This document shows positions 1 to 10,111 of a stretch of 43,059 bases of DNA, in pieces. The notes below the pieces were generated by a model. It was not told where the DNA came from and did no database searches. It worked only from the letters and a program-made list of their open reading frames with translations. A program made the translations under genes and the position numbers. Source of the DNA: Octopus sinensis (Eukaryota). The stretch is taken from assembly GCF_006345805.1 (NCBI RefSeq), contig NW_021835014.1, positions 1 through 43,059 of the forward strand, written 5' to 3'. Position 1 is the stretch's first letter. Each line of letters starts with the position of its first letter.

Positions 1-4
1 TACG

Positions 5-73
<69 letters not shown>

Positions 74-298
74 ATACTTATCAAAGACACATACATGTAT
101 ATATATATAAGAAAGTGATGGTATCATTGAAATACCATACATCAAACATATTAAGCATACGCACTTTGTTTATATATATATATATTATAATATATATGTA
201 TATATATAGTATATATATATATATATATATACATATGTATATATACATATATGTATATATATATATGTATATTATATATGTATGTATATATGTATATA

Positions 299-347
<49 letters not shown>

Positions 348-510
348 TTATATATATATCTACACACACTATGTATATATATATATGTATATATATATAT
401 GTATGTATATATGTATGTATATATGTATTAATATATAATATATATATATATATATATAACACAATATAGTATATACATATGTATATATATATATATTATA
501 TATATATAAT
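5..510. repeat. (TATC)n followed by degenerate (TA)n/(TATG)n microsatellite
   Basis: Direct reading; explains the Y/I/M-rich ORFs at 115-469. Confidence 0.95.
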
Positions 511-602
511 ATATCTTATTCTAATGATATATAAAACACCCCCTCTCTCTAACACATACATTTCAAAGTCCCTTACTCATATTGTACTCTTTGCCCCCGA
601 GG

Positions 603-636
<34 letters not shown>

Positions 637-671
637 ACGCGCGCACGCACGCACACATGTATGTACCTGAA

Positions 672-897
672 GAAATAATGGTTTCAATTTTGTCACAATG
701 GAAGCAATTTTGGAGGAGGGGATGAGTCGATTACGTCGGCCCCCAGTGTCCAACTGGTACTTATTTTATCGACCCAGAAAGGATGAAAGGCAAAGTCGAC
801 TCGCGGCGGAATTTGAGCTCAGAACGCAGTGGCAGATGAAATACCGCTAAGTATTTTATCCAGAGCACTAACGATTCTGCCTGTTCGCCACCTTAGT
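672..897 (-). mobile_element. SINE family B copy
   Basis: Minus strand reads AAGGTGGCG..GGCAGAATCGTTAG..GTTCTGAGCTCAAATTCCGCC..GTCGACTTTGCCTTTCATCCTTT..GTCGATAAAATAAGTACCAG; more than 10 homologues in the window. Confidence 0.85.
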
Positions 898-949
898 ACC
901 TAAAGAAATAATGACAAGAGAAACCAACAGATCATTTATATTCACACAT

Positions 950-1122
950 ATACATGGACCACCATGCTTGATCGCTAAAACCACTGTTCATTTTCTCTTA
1001 TTTCTTTCAGATGAAGAGTGTAGCTCGAAACGTAAAATACTTTCTCACTTTCCCAGCGTCAAACTAATACACCCGTTTGTTGTTCATACATCTGTTTTCG
1101 TTTTTGTTTTTCTGTAAATTTC

Positions 1123-1126
<4 letters not shown>
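950..1126 (+). mobile_element. Penelope-like (PLE)-derived short repeat ending in (TA)n
   Basis: Homologous to the reverse complement of 31167-31291 and 31358-31635: hammerhead-like motif, CTAATAC, T-rich tract, then (TA)n. Confidence 0.65.
1003..1040 (+). ncRNA. Degenerate minimal type I hammerhead ribozyme motif
   Basis: TCTTT-CAGATGAA-GAG-TGTAG-CTC-GAAA-CGTA-AAATA; one core change (CAGA vs CTGA), stem II GAG/CTC, palindromic ACGT stem III. Confidence 0.5.
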
Positions 1127-1184
<58 letters not shown>

Positions 1185-1227
1185 TATATATTATATATAT
1201 AATATAATATATATATATATATATATA

Positions 1228-1630
1228 GCGCAGGAGTGACTGTATGGTAAGTAGCTTGCTAACCAACCACATGGTTCCGGGTTCAGTCCCACTGCGTGGC
1301 ATCTTGGTCAAGTGTCTTCTGCTATAGCCTCGGGCCGACCAAAGCCTGTGAGTGGATTTGGTAGACGGAAACTGAAAGAAGCCTGTCGTATATATGTATA
1401 TTAATATAATATGTATGTGTGCGTATATGTTTTTGTCTGTTTTGTCCCCCTATCATTGCTTGACAACCGATGCTGGTGTGTTTACGTCCCCGTCACTTAG
1501 CGGTTCGGAAAAGGGACCGATAAAATAAGTACTGGGCTAACAAGAATAAGTCCCGGGGTCGAGTTGCTCGATTAAAGGCGGTGCTCCAGCATGGCCGGAG
1601 TCAATGACTGAAACAAGTAAAAGAGTAAAG
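1228..1630 (+). mobile_element. SINE family A, full length
   Basis: tRNA-like A/B boxes (GCGCAGGAGTGACTGTATGGTAAG..GGTTCAGTCCC), CORE-like CTTGGTCAAGTG, internal microsatellite, tail GGCGGTGCTCCAGCATGGCC..CTGAAACAAGTAAAAGAG. Confidence 0.92.
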
Positions 1631-1935
1631 GATATATATATATATATATATTCATAAGGGGCGCGCAGAACAGCGAGAATCTAACCAATAACGTATTTAT
1701 AAATTTCCAATACATTCCGGTATAATCGAACGTTGTGTATCTGATTGATTTTGTTTATCGGTATTGGTAGACATGTCCTCCTTTTAGACGATCTACATTC
1801 ATAACTCACGTGATTCATCGGTGTAGAAACTTGGAAACGAGGCGGCGTTTTGAAGCTTATTGTGCGTTTCCTCTCTCAAATCTGTCCCGGACAGATGAAA
1901 GTCACGGATGAATGCGGAAATCAGTAACACTTGCT

Positions 1936-2020
1936 TACACACATGCGTACACACACACATACATACATTCATACATACACAAACACATACATACATACAT
2001 ACATACATACATACATACAT

Positions 2021-2051
<31 letters not shown>

Positions 2052-2360
2052 TACATACATACATACATACATACATACACACACATACATACATACATAC
2101 TTACATACATACATACATACATACATACACACACATACATACATACACACACATACATACATACATACATACATACGCACACATACATACATACATACAT
2201 ACATACACACACATACATACATACATACATACATACATACATACATACATACTTACATACATACATACACACACATACATACATACATACACAAACACAT
2301 ACATACATACATACATACATACATACATACATACATACATACGTACATACGTACATACAT
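1936..2360. repeat. (CATA)n/(CA)n microsatellite
   Basis: Direct reading. Confidence 0.95.
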
Positions 2361-2429
2361 GCGCACGCTCTCACACAACCCCACGCATACATCTCTGTTA
2401 ATCTTTTAATCTTTTAATGTTTTAATGTT

Positions 2430-2608
2430 ATCTGTTTTAGTCATTAGACTGCGGCCATGCTTGAGCACCGACTTGAAGAACATTTAGTCGAAAGAATTGA
2501 CCCCAATACCTATTTTTTTAAAGCCTGGTACTTATTCTATGGGACTCTTATTGCTGAACCGCTAAGTTACGAGGACGTAAAGAAACCAACACCGGTTGTC
2601 AAGCGGTA

Positions 2609-2645
<37 letters not shown>

Positions 2646-2820
2646 GCGCACACACAGACACACACAACGAGTTTCTTTCAGATTCCAACAACCGAATCCA
2701 CTCACAAGGCTTCGGTCGGCCAGAGGCCATATTTGAAGACATTTGCTCAACTACCACGCCGTGGGACTGAACCCGGAACTATGTGCTTGGGAAACAAGCT
2801 TCTTACCACACAGCTACGCT
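2430..2820 (-). mobile_element. SINE family A, older diverged copy
   Basis: Reverse complement matches family A from head to tail with many substitutions. Confidence 0.85.
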
Positions 2821-2852
<32 letters not shown>

Positions 2853-3530
2853 TGTATGTATGTATGTATGTATGTATGCATGCACGCACGCACGCACACA
2901 CACACACACACACGTGCGCGTATATATATATATCACGCAGTTTCCGATTCAGTTATCTGAGACATCACACCACTGAAAATAGCTTGTTATTTTCTTTCGA
3001 CACTCCCCCGCTTCCAACCAAATACTCTGTCATAGTCCCAGGACCACGCCTACTCATTATACCGATCTGGCACACTCATGCGCACACATACACAGATACC
3101 ATATGCAGAGACACTTACACTTTTACTCCCGTATACATTACACACAGACACACACACACACATCATACACAGAGTGTATTTTGTGTATGACTTCTCGATG
3201 TATATTATTATATACATGTTACATTATACCATGTACATATATATACATACATACTCAGTCGGCTGATGTCAACAATTTTTACTTGTACCATACATCCTCA
3301 CAAAGCGTATCGTATTCATATATCTTCGCATAATTATATATTTATATTCCACGCACCACCACCATCACCACCACACCATCACAAAACAAATAAACAAACA
3401 AAATATTGTCTTTTACTCCACGAGCCTTAACTACTTACAAACGATCATCTTGAGAACTTTGGTAATTAAATCCAAAAACTATTTCTTCATTTATTCAGTG
3501 CCACGACATTATATGCTGGTGGTTCTCAGT

Positions 3531-3646
3531 TATCTTCATAGCACACTGAAGATGAAATAAAGATTATTCTAAATTTAGGGACAGGTATGGCTGTGTGGTT
3601 AAGAAGTTCGTTTAACAACCACGAAGTTTCGGGGTTCAGTTCCACT
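3531..3646 (+). repeat. 116-bp direct repeat, left copy (putative TSD of SINE C)
   Basis: Repeated at 4034-4149 with about 5 mismatches, immediately flanking SINE C. Confidence 0.9.
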
Positions 3647-4033
3647 TGGTGGAAGCACTCCGTCGGTTACGACGACGAGGGTTCCGGTTGATCCGATCAA
3701 CGGAACAACCTGCTCGTGAAATTAACATGTAAGTGGCTGAGCACTCCACAGACACGTGTACCCTTAACGTAGTTCTCGGGGATATTCAGCGTGACACAGA
3801 TAGTGACAAGGCCGGCCCTTTGAAATACAGGTACAGCAGAAAGAGCAAGTAAGAGTGAGAGAAAGTTGTAGTGAAAGAGTACAGTAGGGATCACCACATC
3901 TCCTGCCGGAGCCTCGTGGAGCTTTTAGGTGTTTTCGCTCAATAAACACTCACAATGCCCGGTCTGGGAATCGAAACCGCGATCCTACGACCGCGAGTCC
4001 GCTGCCCTAACCACTGGGCCATTGCGCATCCAC
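3647..4033 (-). mobile_element. SINE family C, full length
   Basis: Head GTGGATGCGCAATGGCCCAGTGGTTAGGGCAGCGGACTCGCGGTC..GGTTTCGATTCCC (tRNA A/B boxes); tail CGTCGTCGTAACCGACGGAGTGCTTCC; five similar copies in the window. Confidence 0.92.
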
Positions 4034-4149
4034 TATCTTCATAGCACACTGAAGATAAAATAAAGATTATTCTAAAATTAGGGGCAGGCATGGCTGTGTG
4101 GTTAAGAAGTTCGTTTAACAACCACGAAGTTTCGGGGTTCAGCTCCACT
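4034..4149 (+). repeat. 116-bp direct repeat, right copy
   Basis: Matches 3531-3646. Confidence 0.9.
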
Positions 4150-4244
4150 ATTCGGTATTGGATAAGTGTTTCAGTGACAGACCCTGCACACTCAATTCCT
4201 TATGAGGGAATTTGGTAGGCAGAAACTGTAGAAATCTGTTGCAT

Positions 4245-4625
4245 TTAGCTAGGTGATAAAAGGTTTGCTTTCCTACTACATGGTTCTGAGTTCAGTCCCA
4301 CTGAGTGGCATTGTAAGCAAATATCTTCTAGAATAGCCTCGGCCTTGTGAGTGGATTTGGTAGACGTAAACTGAATATATGAGAGCGTGTATGAGTGTAT
4401 GTGTGTGCGTCATCGTGTCTGTGTTCGTTTCCCAGTACCGCTTGACATCCGGTATAGGTATGTTTACGTCCCCGTAACTTAGCGGTTCGGCAAAAAAGTC
4501 CCATAGAATAAGTATCAGGCTTAACAAAAATAAGTACCAGGGTCGATTCATTTGACTAAAATTTCTTCATTGCGGTGCTCCAGGATGGTCGCAGTCTAAT
4601 GACTGAAACAAGTAAAAGATAAAAG
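4245..4625 (+). mobile_element. SINE family A, older copy
   Basis: Diverged family A body and tail. Confidence 0.82.
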
Positions 4626-4637
4626 ATAACATATATT

Positions 4638-4807
4638 GCGCAGGAGTGGCTGTGTGGTAAGTAGCTTGCTAATCAACCACATGATTCCGGGTTCAGTCCC
4701 ACTGCGTGGCATCTTGGGCAAGTGTCTTCTGCTATAGCCCCGGGCCGACCAATGCCTTGTGAGTGGATTTGGTAGACGGAAACTGAAAGAAGCCTGTCGT
4801 ATATATG

Positions 4808-4852
<45 letters not shown>

Positions 4853-5040
4853 TTGTCCCTCTAGCATTACTTGACAACCGATGCTGGTGTGTTTACGTCC
4901 CCGTCACTTAGCGGTTCGGCAAAAAAGACCGATAGAATAAGTACTGGGTTTACAAAGAATAAGTCCCGGGATCGATTTGCTCGATTAAAGGCGGTGCTCC
5001 AGCATGGCCGCAGTCAAATGACTGAAACAAGTAAAAGAGT
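4638..5040 (+). mobile_element. SINE family A, young full-length copy
   Basis: Near-identical to 29510-29918 and 34929-35338. Confidence 0.93.
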
Positions 5041-5134
5041 AATATATATAACAAATTAATAAATAAAACATATGCATACATACATACATATATGTATATA
5101 CCTACATCTATATGTATATATACATGCATATATG

Positions 5135-5360
5135 GGTACAGGACACCAAAAAAACGTCGAACACAACGAGAAACGAAAACATAAAAACAAAACATAGAAA
5201 CGGACTTTTTCAAACTACGAAAAAACAGATTACAAGACATACAACACAAGGAACATTCCCCTTCTTCAGTTGCCCCTGCTTCGATTTATTCCGTGTTTCG
5301 AGGGGCAGCTGAAGATAGGGAATGTTCCTTGTGTTGTATGTGTTGTACTCTGTTTTTTCG
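5135..5360. repeat. Inverted repeat (arms 5218-5277 and 5301-5360), probably a PLE pLTR-type relic
   Basis: 60-bp arms with about 5 mismatches; flanked by (TA)-rich tracts; spacer on the minus strand contains CGAAAC..AATAAA. Confidence 0.75.
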
Positions 5361-5528
5361 TTCTTTAAAAATATATATATATATGCAGGGGCTATGATTG
5401 GGAAAGAAACGGATCAACGTCTTCATATTTCTATCTCTCGTTCCAGATTTGTGCTGGAACGACACATATGCAAACTTCCACTTCACTAACTGAACGAACA
5501 AATATATATAAAGATATATAAGGAGACA

Positions 5529-5743
5529 CTAAGGCGGCAGGCTGGCAGAATCGTTACGGTGCCGGAAAGAAAAAAAGTGCTTAGTGGCGTTTCTTCCGAG
5601 TTAACGTTCTGAGTTCAAATTCCGCCGAGGTCGACTTTGTCGTTGATCTTTTCCGGATCGATAAAATAAGAACCAGTTGAGTACTGGGAGCCGATGTAAT
5701 CGATTAGTCCTCTCCCCAAGACCTTGTGCCAAAATTTGAAAAC
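5529..5743 (+). mobile_element. SINE family B copy
   Basis: AAGGCGGCAGGCTGGCAGAATCGTTA..GAGTTCAAATTCCGCCGAGGTCGAC..GATAAAATAAG. Confidence 0.85.
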
Positions 5744-5867
5744 AATATATAAAGAAAGACTGATGTAAAGTGAAGCAAAAGCATTGGACCATTCTCTCTC
5801 GATATAACAAAGGACGATCTACTGTAGTTATATTTCTCAGCAGATTTGGATTGTTCACCATGGTTAT

Positions 5868-6150
5868 TGGTTGGCATCCTTTTTGTCTCGGGAGACGATG
5901 GAGTTGCGCATAAAGTAGTCTAGTCCGGCTTTTACATTTCATGTTCTGATACATTTCCTGCTGTGGCTGTGTATTCCTATCCTGGACAAACACTCCCTCT
6001 GGCAGGTACCGCAAATGTAGCGAAGACTGTTCCTGGCTGGTTGTAATGCCATAGTTTCTTGTTGATGTCTTTTCTTGTCTTTCCATTTCTCCTCTCTCTC
6101 TCTCTGTCACTCCTTTGTATTCCCTCTCTTACGGTACATCGCCAGTTATA
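5868..6150 (-). mobile_element. RTE-clade LINE, 5'-truncated 3' end
   Basis: Manual translation EKWKDKKRHQQE..YICGTCQRECLSRIGIHSHSRKC* (RTE C-terminal Zn finger); short hairpin 3'UTR CCATCGTCTCCCGAGACAAAAGGATGCC; 11-bp TSD ACCATGGTTAT at 5857-5867 and 6151-6161. Confidence 0.85.
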
Positions 6151-6439
6151 ACCATGGTTATAACTTTGGCCGATTCACTGTACTTAGAATATTGGACACT
6201 TCATTTCGTTTATAGCACTGGATCAATTATTTTAGTTATACAATCAACTATTCACTGTTTAAAGAGTGACTTGTTTGCTTGTTTATCCCATAGATGTTTT
6301 ACTCTCTCGTGGAACGTTTGGAAAAGTCTCTCGAACCATGGAATATTTCCTCCACACTTTCTTAAACGCACTCAGTCACTCACGCGCGCACATTTACAGA
6401 CAAGCACTCGCATTCATACACACTTGGACGTTCATGAAA

Positions 6440-6471
6440 TGTCTCTCTCTCTCTCGCTCTCTCTCTCTCAA

Positions 6472-6531
<60 letters not shown>

Positions 6532-6789
6532 CATCCCTCTCTCTTTCCCGCATGCATTCTATCTCTCAGCCTGTCACATTATTCAATCCATTCAAACACA
6601 TTTTTCTCCTATACTCTTTCTACTTTTCTTCTATTTCTCTCATTCACACACACTACTACTCTCTCACACACATTTACAAATATACTCAGGCAATCACACA
6701 CACACACACACACCTCAATATACATACTAACGGTCGTATCCATATATTCATATATACCTTCACATGCACGCACACACTTCTCTCTCTCT

Positions 6790-6825
<36 letters not shown>
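6440..6825. repeat. Compound (CT)n/(CA)n low-complexity tract
   Basis: Direct reading. Confidence 0.85.
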
Positions 6826-6829
<4 letters not shown>

Positions 6830-6966
6830 ACATGTAAACCCAATCGTAAAAACATGGGACATTGTTTATTTCTGAATGAAGCAGCAACAAAGCAACATTG
6901 TTGTTGCTAAGTTGTGCTCTGTGCTGAATAGTTTCTCGTCCTTCTGCTGATCGTTATGGTTATCAT

Positions 6967-7207
6967 GTGGAGGCGCAAAGGCCCAGTGGTTAGGGCAGCG
7001 GACTCGCGGTCATAGGATCGCGGTTTCGATTCCCAGACCGGGCGTTGTGAGTGTTTATTGAGCGAAAACACCTAAAAGCTCCACGAGGCTCCGGCAGGGG
7101 ATGGTGGTGATCCCTGCTGTACTCTTTCACCACAACTTTCTCTCACTCTTACTTCCTGTTTCTGTTGTACCCGTATTTCAAAGGGCCGGCCATGTCACTC
7201 TCTGTGT
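6967..7207 (+). mobile_element. SINE family C, 3' part missing, runs into (TGTC)n
   Basis: Matches the first 240 bp of the other C copies. Confidence 0.9.
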
Positions 7208-8094
7208 CTGTCTGTCTGTCTGTCTGTCTGTCCCTCTATCTATGAACAAAGGAATGCAGGTATAGCCATTACATCTTTCAATCAGTTGCGGTCGTTTCTA
7301 TAATTAGTTTCTATAATTACACCAATCAACATGCTCGGTTATCCCTATAAAAATTGCTTTATGTAATACAATATAATATTGAATGAAATTTTCCACCAAC
7401 CATCTCATCGAACTTAATGTAGTACTAAATTACGCGGCCGAATTTGGTTAAATAAATATAATGAGAAAGAGAAGGTCTTAGATTATCATGGTTATAAATT
7501 ACATACCAAGTTGTCACATTTTCAAAGAAACACCCAGCCGGAGGGACAATGAAAACGAAGTGCCATCTTAGTTCCGATTCGTTGGATCTATAGCAAATCG
7601 CTAGTGCGATTAACTGATATATTTAGGGAACGAAAGATTTAATGTATACATATATATCAGTGGAAAGACAAGCAGACTAAGAGATAAAATGGAGATGTTC
7701 AAAAAAGGTAACCGTTCACTGTTATATTGTTTTTTGGAGGTGCCGTTAACAGGAGAAAGGAAAAATGCAAAGAGAAAATGGAGATATAGATTTGAGAGTA
7801 TGACAAGTAGTTAAAATAAATGTAGAGAATAAAGCTATAAGACGGCCACTAGAATTATGGCTCAATATTATCAAATTCATTAGAATTACAATTAAATAAG
7901 ACCAATAGTTAAAAAATAAACGATTCGTTATTATACAGGAAAGTAATTTAAGTGGGAAGTATTAAGACGAAAGGAGTATTTGATGGAGAATCATCTGTGT
8001 TAAAGCCAGAGTAACATAAAGAAGAAGAACGTAATCTTTAGCTCTATCAAAATTAGGTGACTTAATGAAATGCAATTTTCAAGAAAGTTTTACT

Positions 8095-8500
8095 GAACTG
8101 GAGGTAACAATGAGACAATGATTCCGTAAGCTTATTAATTAAACGTAACCTATACCTGAGAATTACAAGGGCTTCGATAAAACAGAAATTACAGTTACCC
8201 AAACCCCTCTGTATGGAAGTTCAGTATGTTTATTTGACTGTGAAATTGAGTAATCAGTATGTCTGTCTTTGAGATCCCACGTCAATTTAGCAAGTGAAGT
8301 GCTCAGAACATTTATTTTAGTTTTAAAGGGATGTAATATGATTAAATTATCTAAATTTAAATTTAGATGCCACGGCAACAGTGTAATAATGGATTTTATG
8401 AGGTGTTTTAACAAATGAGATAAATAATAAATTACTTCTAAGATATTGGTCATTTTGAGGGTATATATTTTGGCACCTACAGTTTCACATACTACAATGA
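8095..8500 (-). mobile_element. Penelope-like element relic (GIY-YIG endonuclease C-terminal region)
   Basis: Frameshifted translation STSLAKLTWDLKDRHTDYSI..PY..GNCNFCFIEALVIL..LINKLTESLSHC resembles the PLE pattern TxLSKYIWxLK..CxLCxxEK..LNKRxE..C; VCETVG motif near 8470-8495. Confidence 0.65.
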
Positions 8501-8559
8501 AGAGTCAGTGCAGATTGCATTAGTATTATTGTCACTGCATGGGGATCCCAAAGTACTGG

Positions 8560-8720
8560 GGAATTTCGTTCGCCTTTACGTTCTGAGTTCAAATTCCGCA
8601 GAGGTCAACTTTCATCCTTTCAGGATCGATAAAATAAGTACCAGCTGCGCACTGGGGTCAACGTAATCAACTTATTCCCTTCCCCAAAATTGCTGGCCTC
8701 TTGCCAAAATTTGAAATCAA
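8560..8720 (+). mobile_element. SINE family B, partial
   Basis: TTTACGTTCTGAGTTCAAATTCCGC..GATAAAATAAGTACCAG. Confidence 0.8.
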
Positions 8721-8900
8721 TATTTTATAATTATTTAATACAAAGAAATCTACCGGTAACTCTTTTAATTAGTACTGAGTACAAAGAAAAAGTACATTTT
8801 TGACTAAGAAAAAAATGTGAATTGTTTTAACGAGGACCTTAACCTAGTGAATACGGCAGATTTCATTGATTCGAAGAGACAAGTTTGTTTGTTTCAGCCG

Positions 8901-9036
8901 TACCAACCACATGGTTCCGGGTTCAGTCCCACTGCGTGGCACCTTGGGCAAGTGTCTTCTATTATAGCCTCGGGCCGACCAAAGCCTTGTGAGTGGATTT
9001 GGTAGACGGAAACTGAAAGAATCCCGTCGCATATAT

Positions 9037-9074
<38 letters not shown>

Positions 9075-9290
9075 TTGTGTGTCTGTGTTTGTCCCCCTAG
9101 CATTGCTTGACAACCGATGCTGGTGTGTTTATGTCCCCGTGGCTTAGCGGTTCGGCAAAAAGAGACCGATAGAATAAGTACTGGGCTTACAAAGAATAAG
9201 TCTCGGGGTCGAGTTGCTCGATTAAAGGCGGTGCTCCAGCATGGCCGCAGTCAAATGACTGAAACAAGTAAAAGAGTAAAAGAGTAAAAG
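8901..9290 (+). mobile_element. SINE family A, slightly 5'-truncated
   Basis: Near-identical to young family A copies. Confidence 0.92.
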
Positions 9291-9871
9291 AATAAATCAC
9301 CATGATTTGTAATTTCGATTCTGCTTCTCTTGACTCGAATCAAATCGTCAACCAAATAAAACAAAAAAGAAAAAGAAGAAAAATTTGGATCCCACGCCCC
9401 ACCACAATTTTCCCAGGTTCCATCATCAGGGCATGTGCCCCACATTGGGAATCACTGTTTTAGCTCATTCATAAAGTCCGTCTTCTTACACACCACTTTC
9501 TCACAGGGAGCCCAGTTCTTTTGCAATCCCGTCTCAAGAGATCAGTTCTTCCCCTCCAGCTGCCATTTTTAGCGAGTAGAGCGACTACGTAGAGGCTCCA
9601 CCTTGGCTCCTATCCATACTAATATTAGCATTACGGTGTCATTTTCTACATCGCCAGCTTTTCTCGGCTCTGTTGTACAAATCACTTGTTACACTCTACA
9701 CTCTTTATTACATACAACATATGCCGTCATTACTCACAAAATGTATGCATGCTCCTCGGCTCGCTTACATGAATATTTGTAAGTAAGCATTCATATCTCA
9801 GAAGCTGTCATTAGGACTGTGAAGAAGTAATTTAAGAGCTGCTGATAGCATGGGAAATTAAACACGAAATG

Positions 9872-9935
9872 TATTTATTTATTTATTTATTTACTTATCT
9901 ATTTATTTATTTATTTATAATAATAATAATAATAA

Positions 9936-9973
<38 letters not shown>

Positions 9974-10071
9974 TGATAATAATAATAATAATAATATAAT
10001 AATAATAAAATAATAATAAAATAATAATAATAATAATAATTATTATTATTTTATTATTATTATTATTATTA

Positions 10072-10110
<39 letters not shown>
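9872..10110. repeat. (TTTA)n + (AAT)n + (TTA)n microsatellite with a strand switch near 10040
   Basis: Direct reading. Confidence 0.92.

Positions 10111-10111
<1 letters not shown>

Noticed and set aside
115-2417. Long ORFs rich in YI, HT, MYVC or LSIY (also at 6115-6890, 28835-29375, 30775-31455, 39529-40989)
   Set aside because: Translations of stop-free microsatellites, not genes
4596-5059. Recurrent ORFs such as RLPNPLTRLWSARGYSRRHLPK and LKAVLQHGRSQMTETSKR, resembling a multigene family
   Set aside because: They are translations of SINE family A; VIPAVLF..GTRVCGV ORFs likewise come from SINE C
5601-6110. 169-aa minus-strand ORF
   Set aside because: Off-frame reading across an RTE 3' end and SINE B; the meaningful frame is the RTE Zn finger
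6967-7045. tRNA gene-like sequence
   Set aside because: It is the tRNA-derived head of SINE C; no proper acceptor stem and it continues into the SINE body
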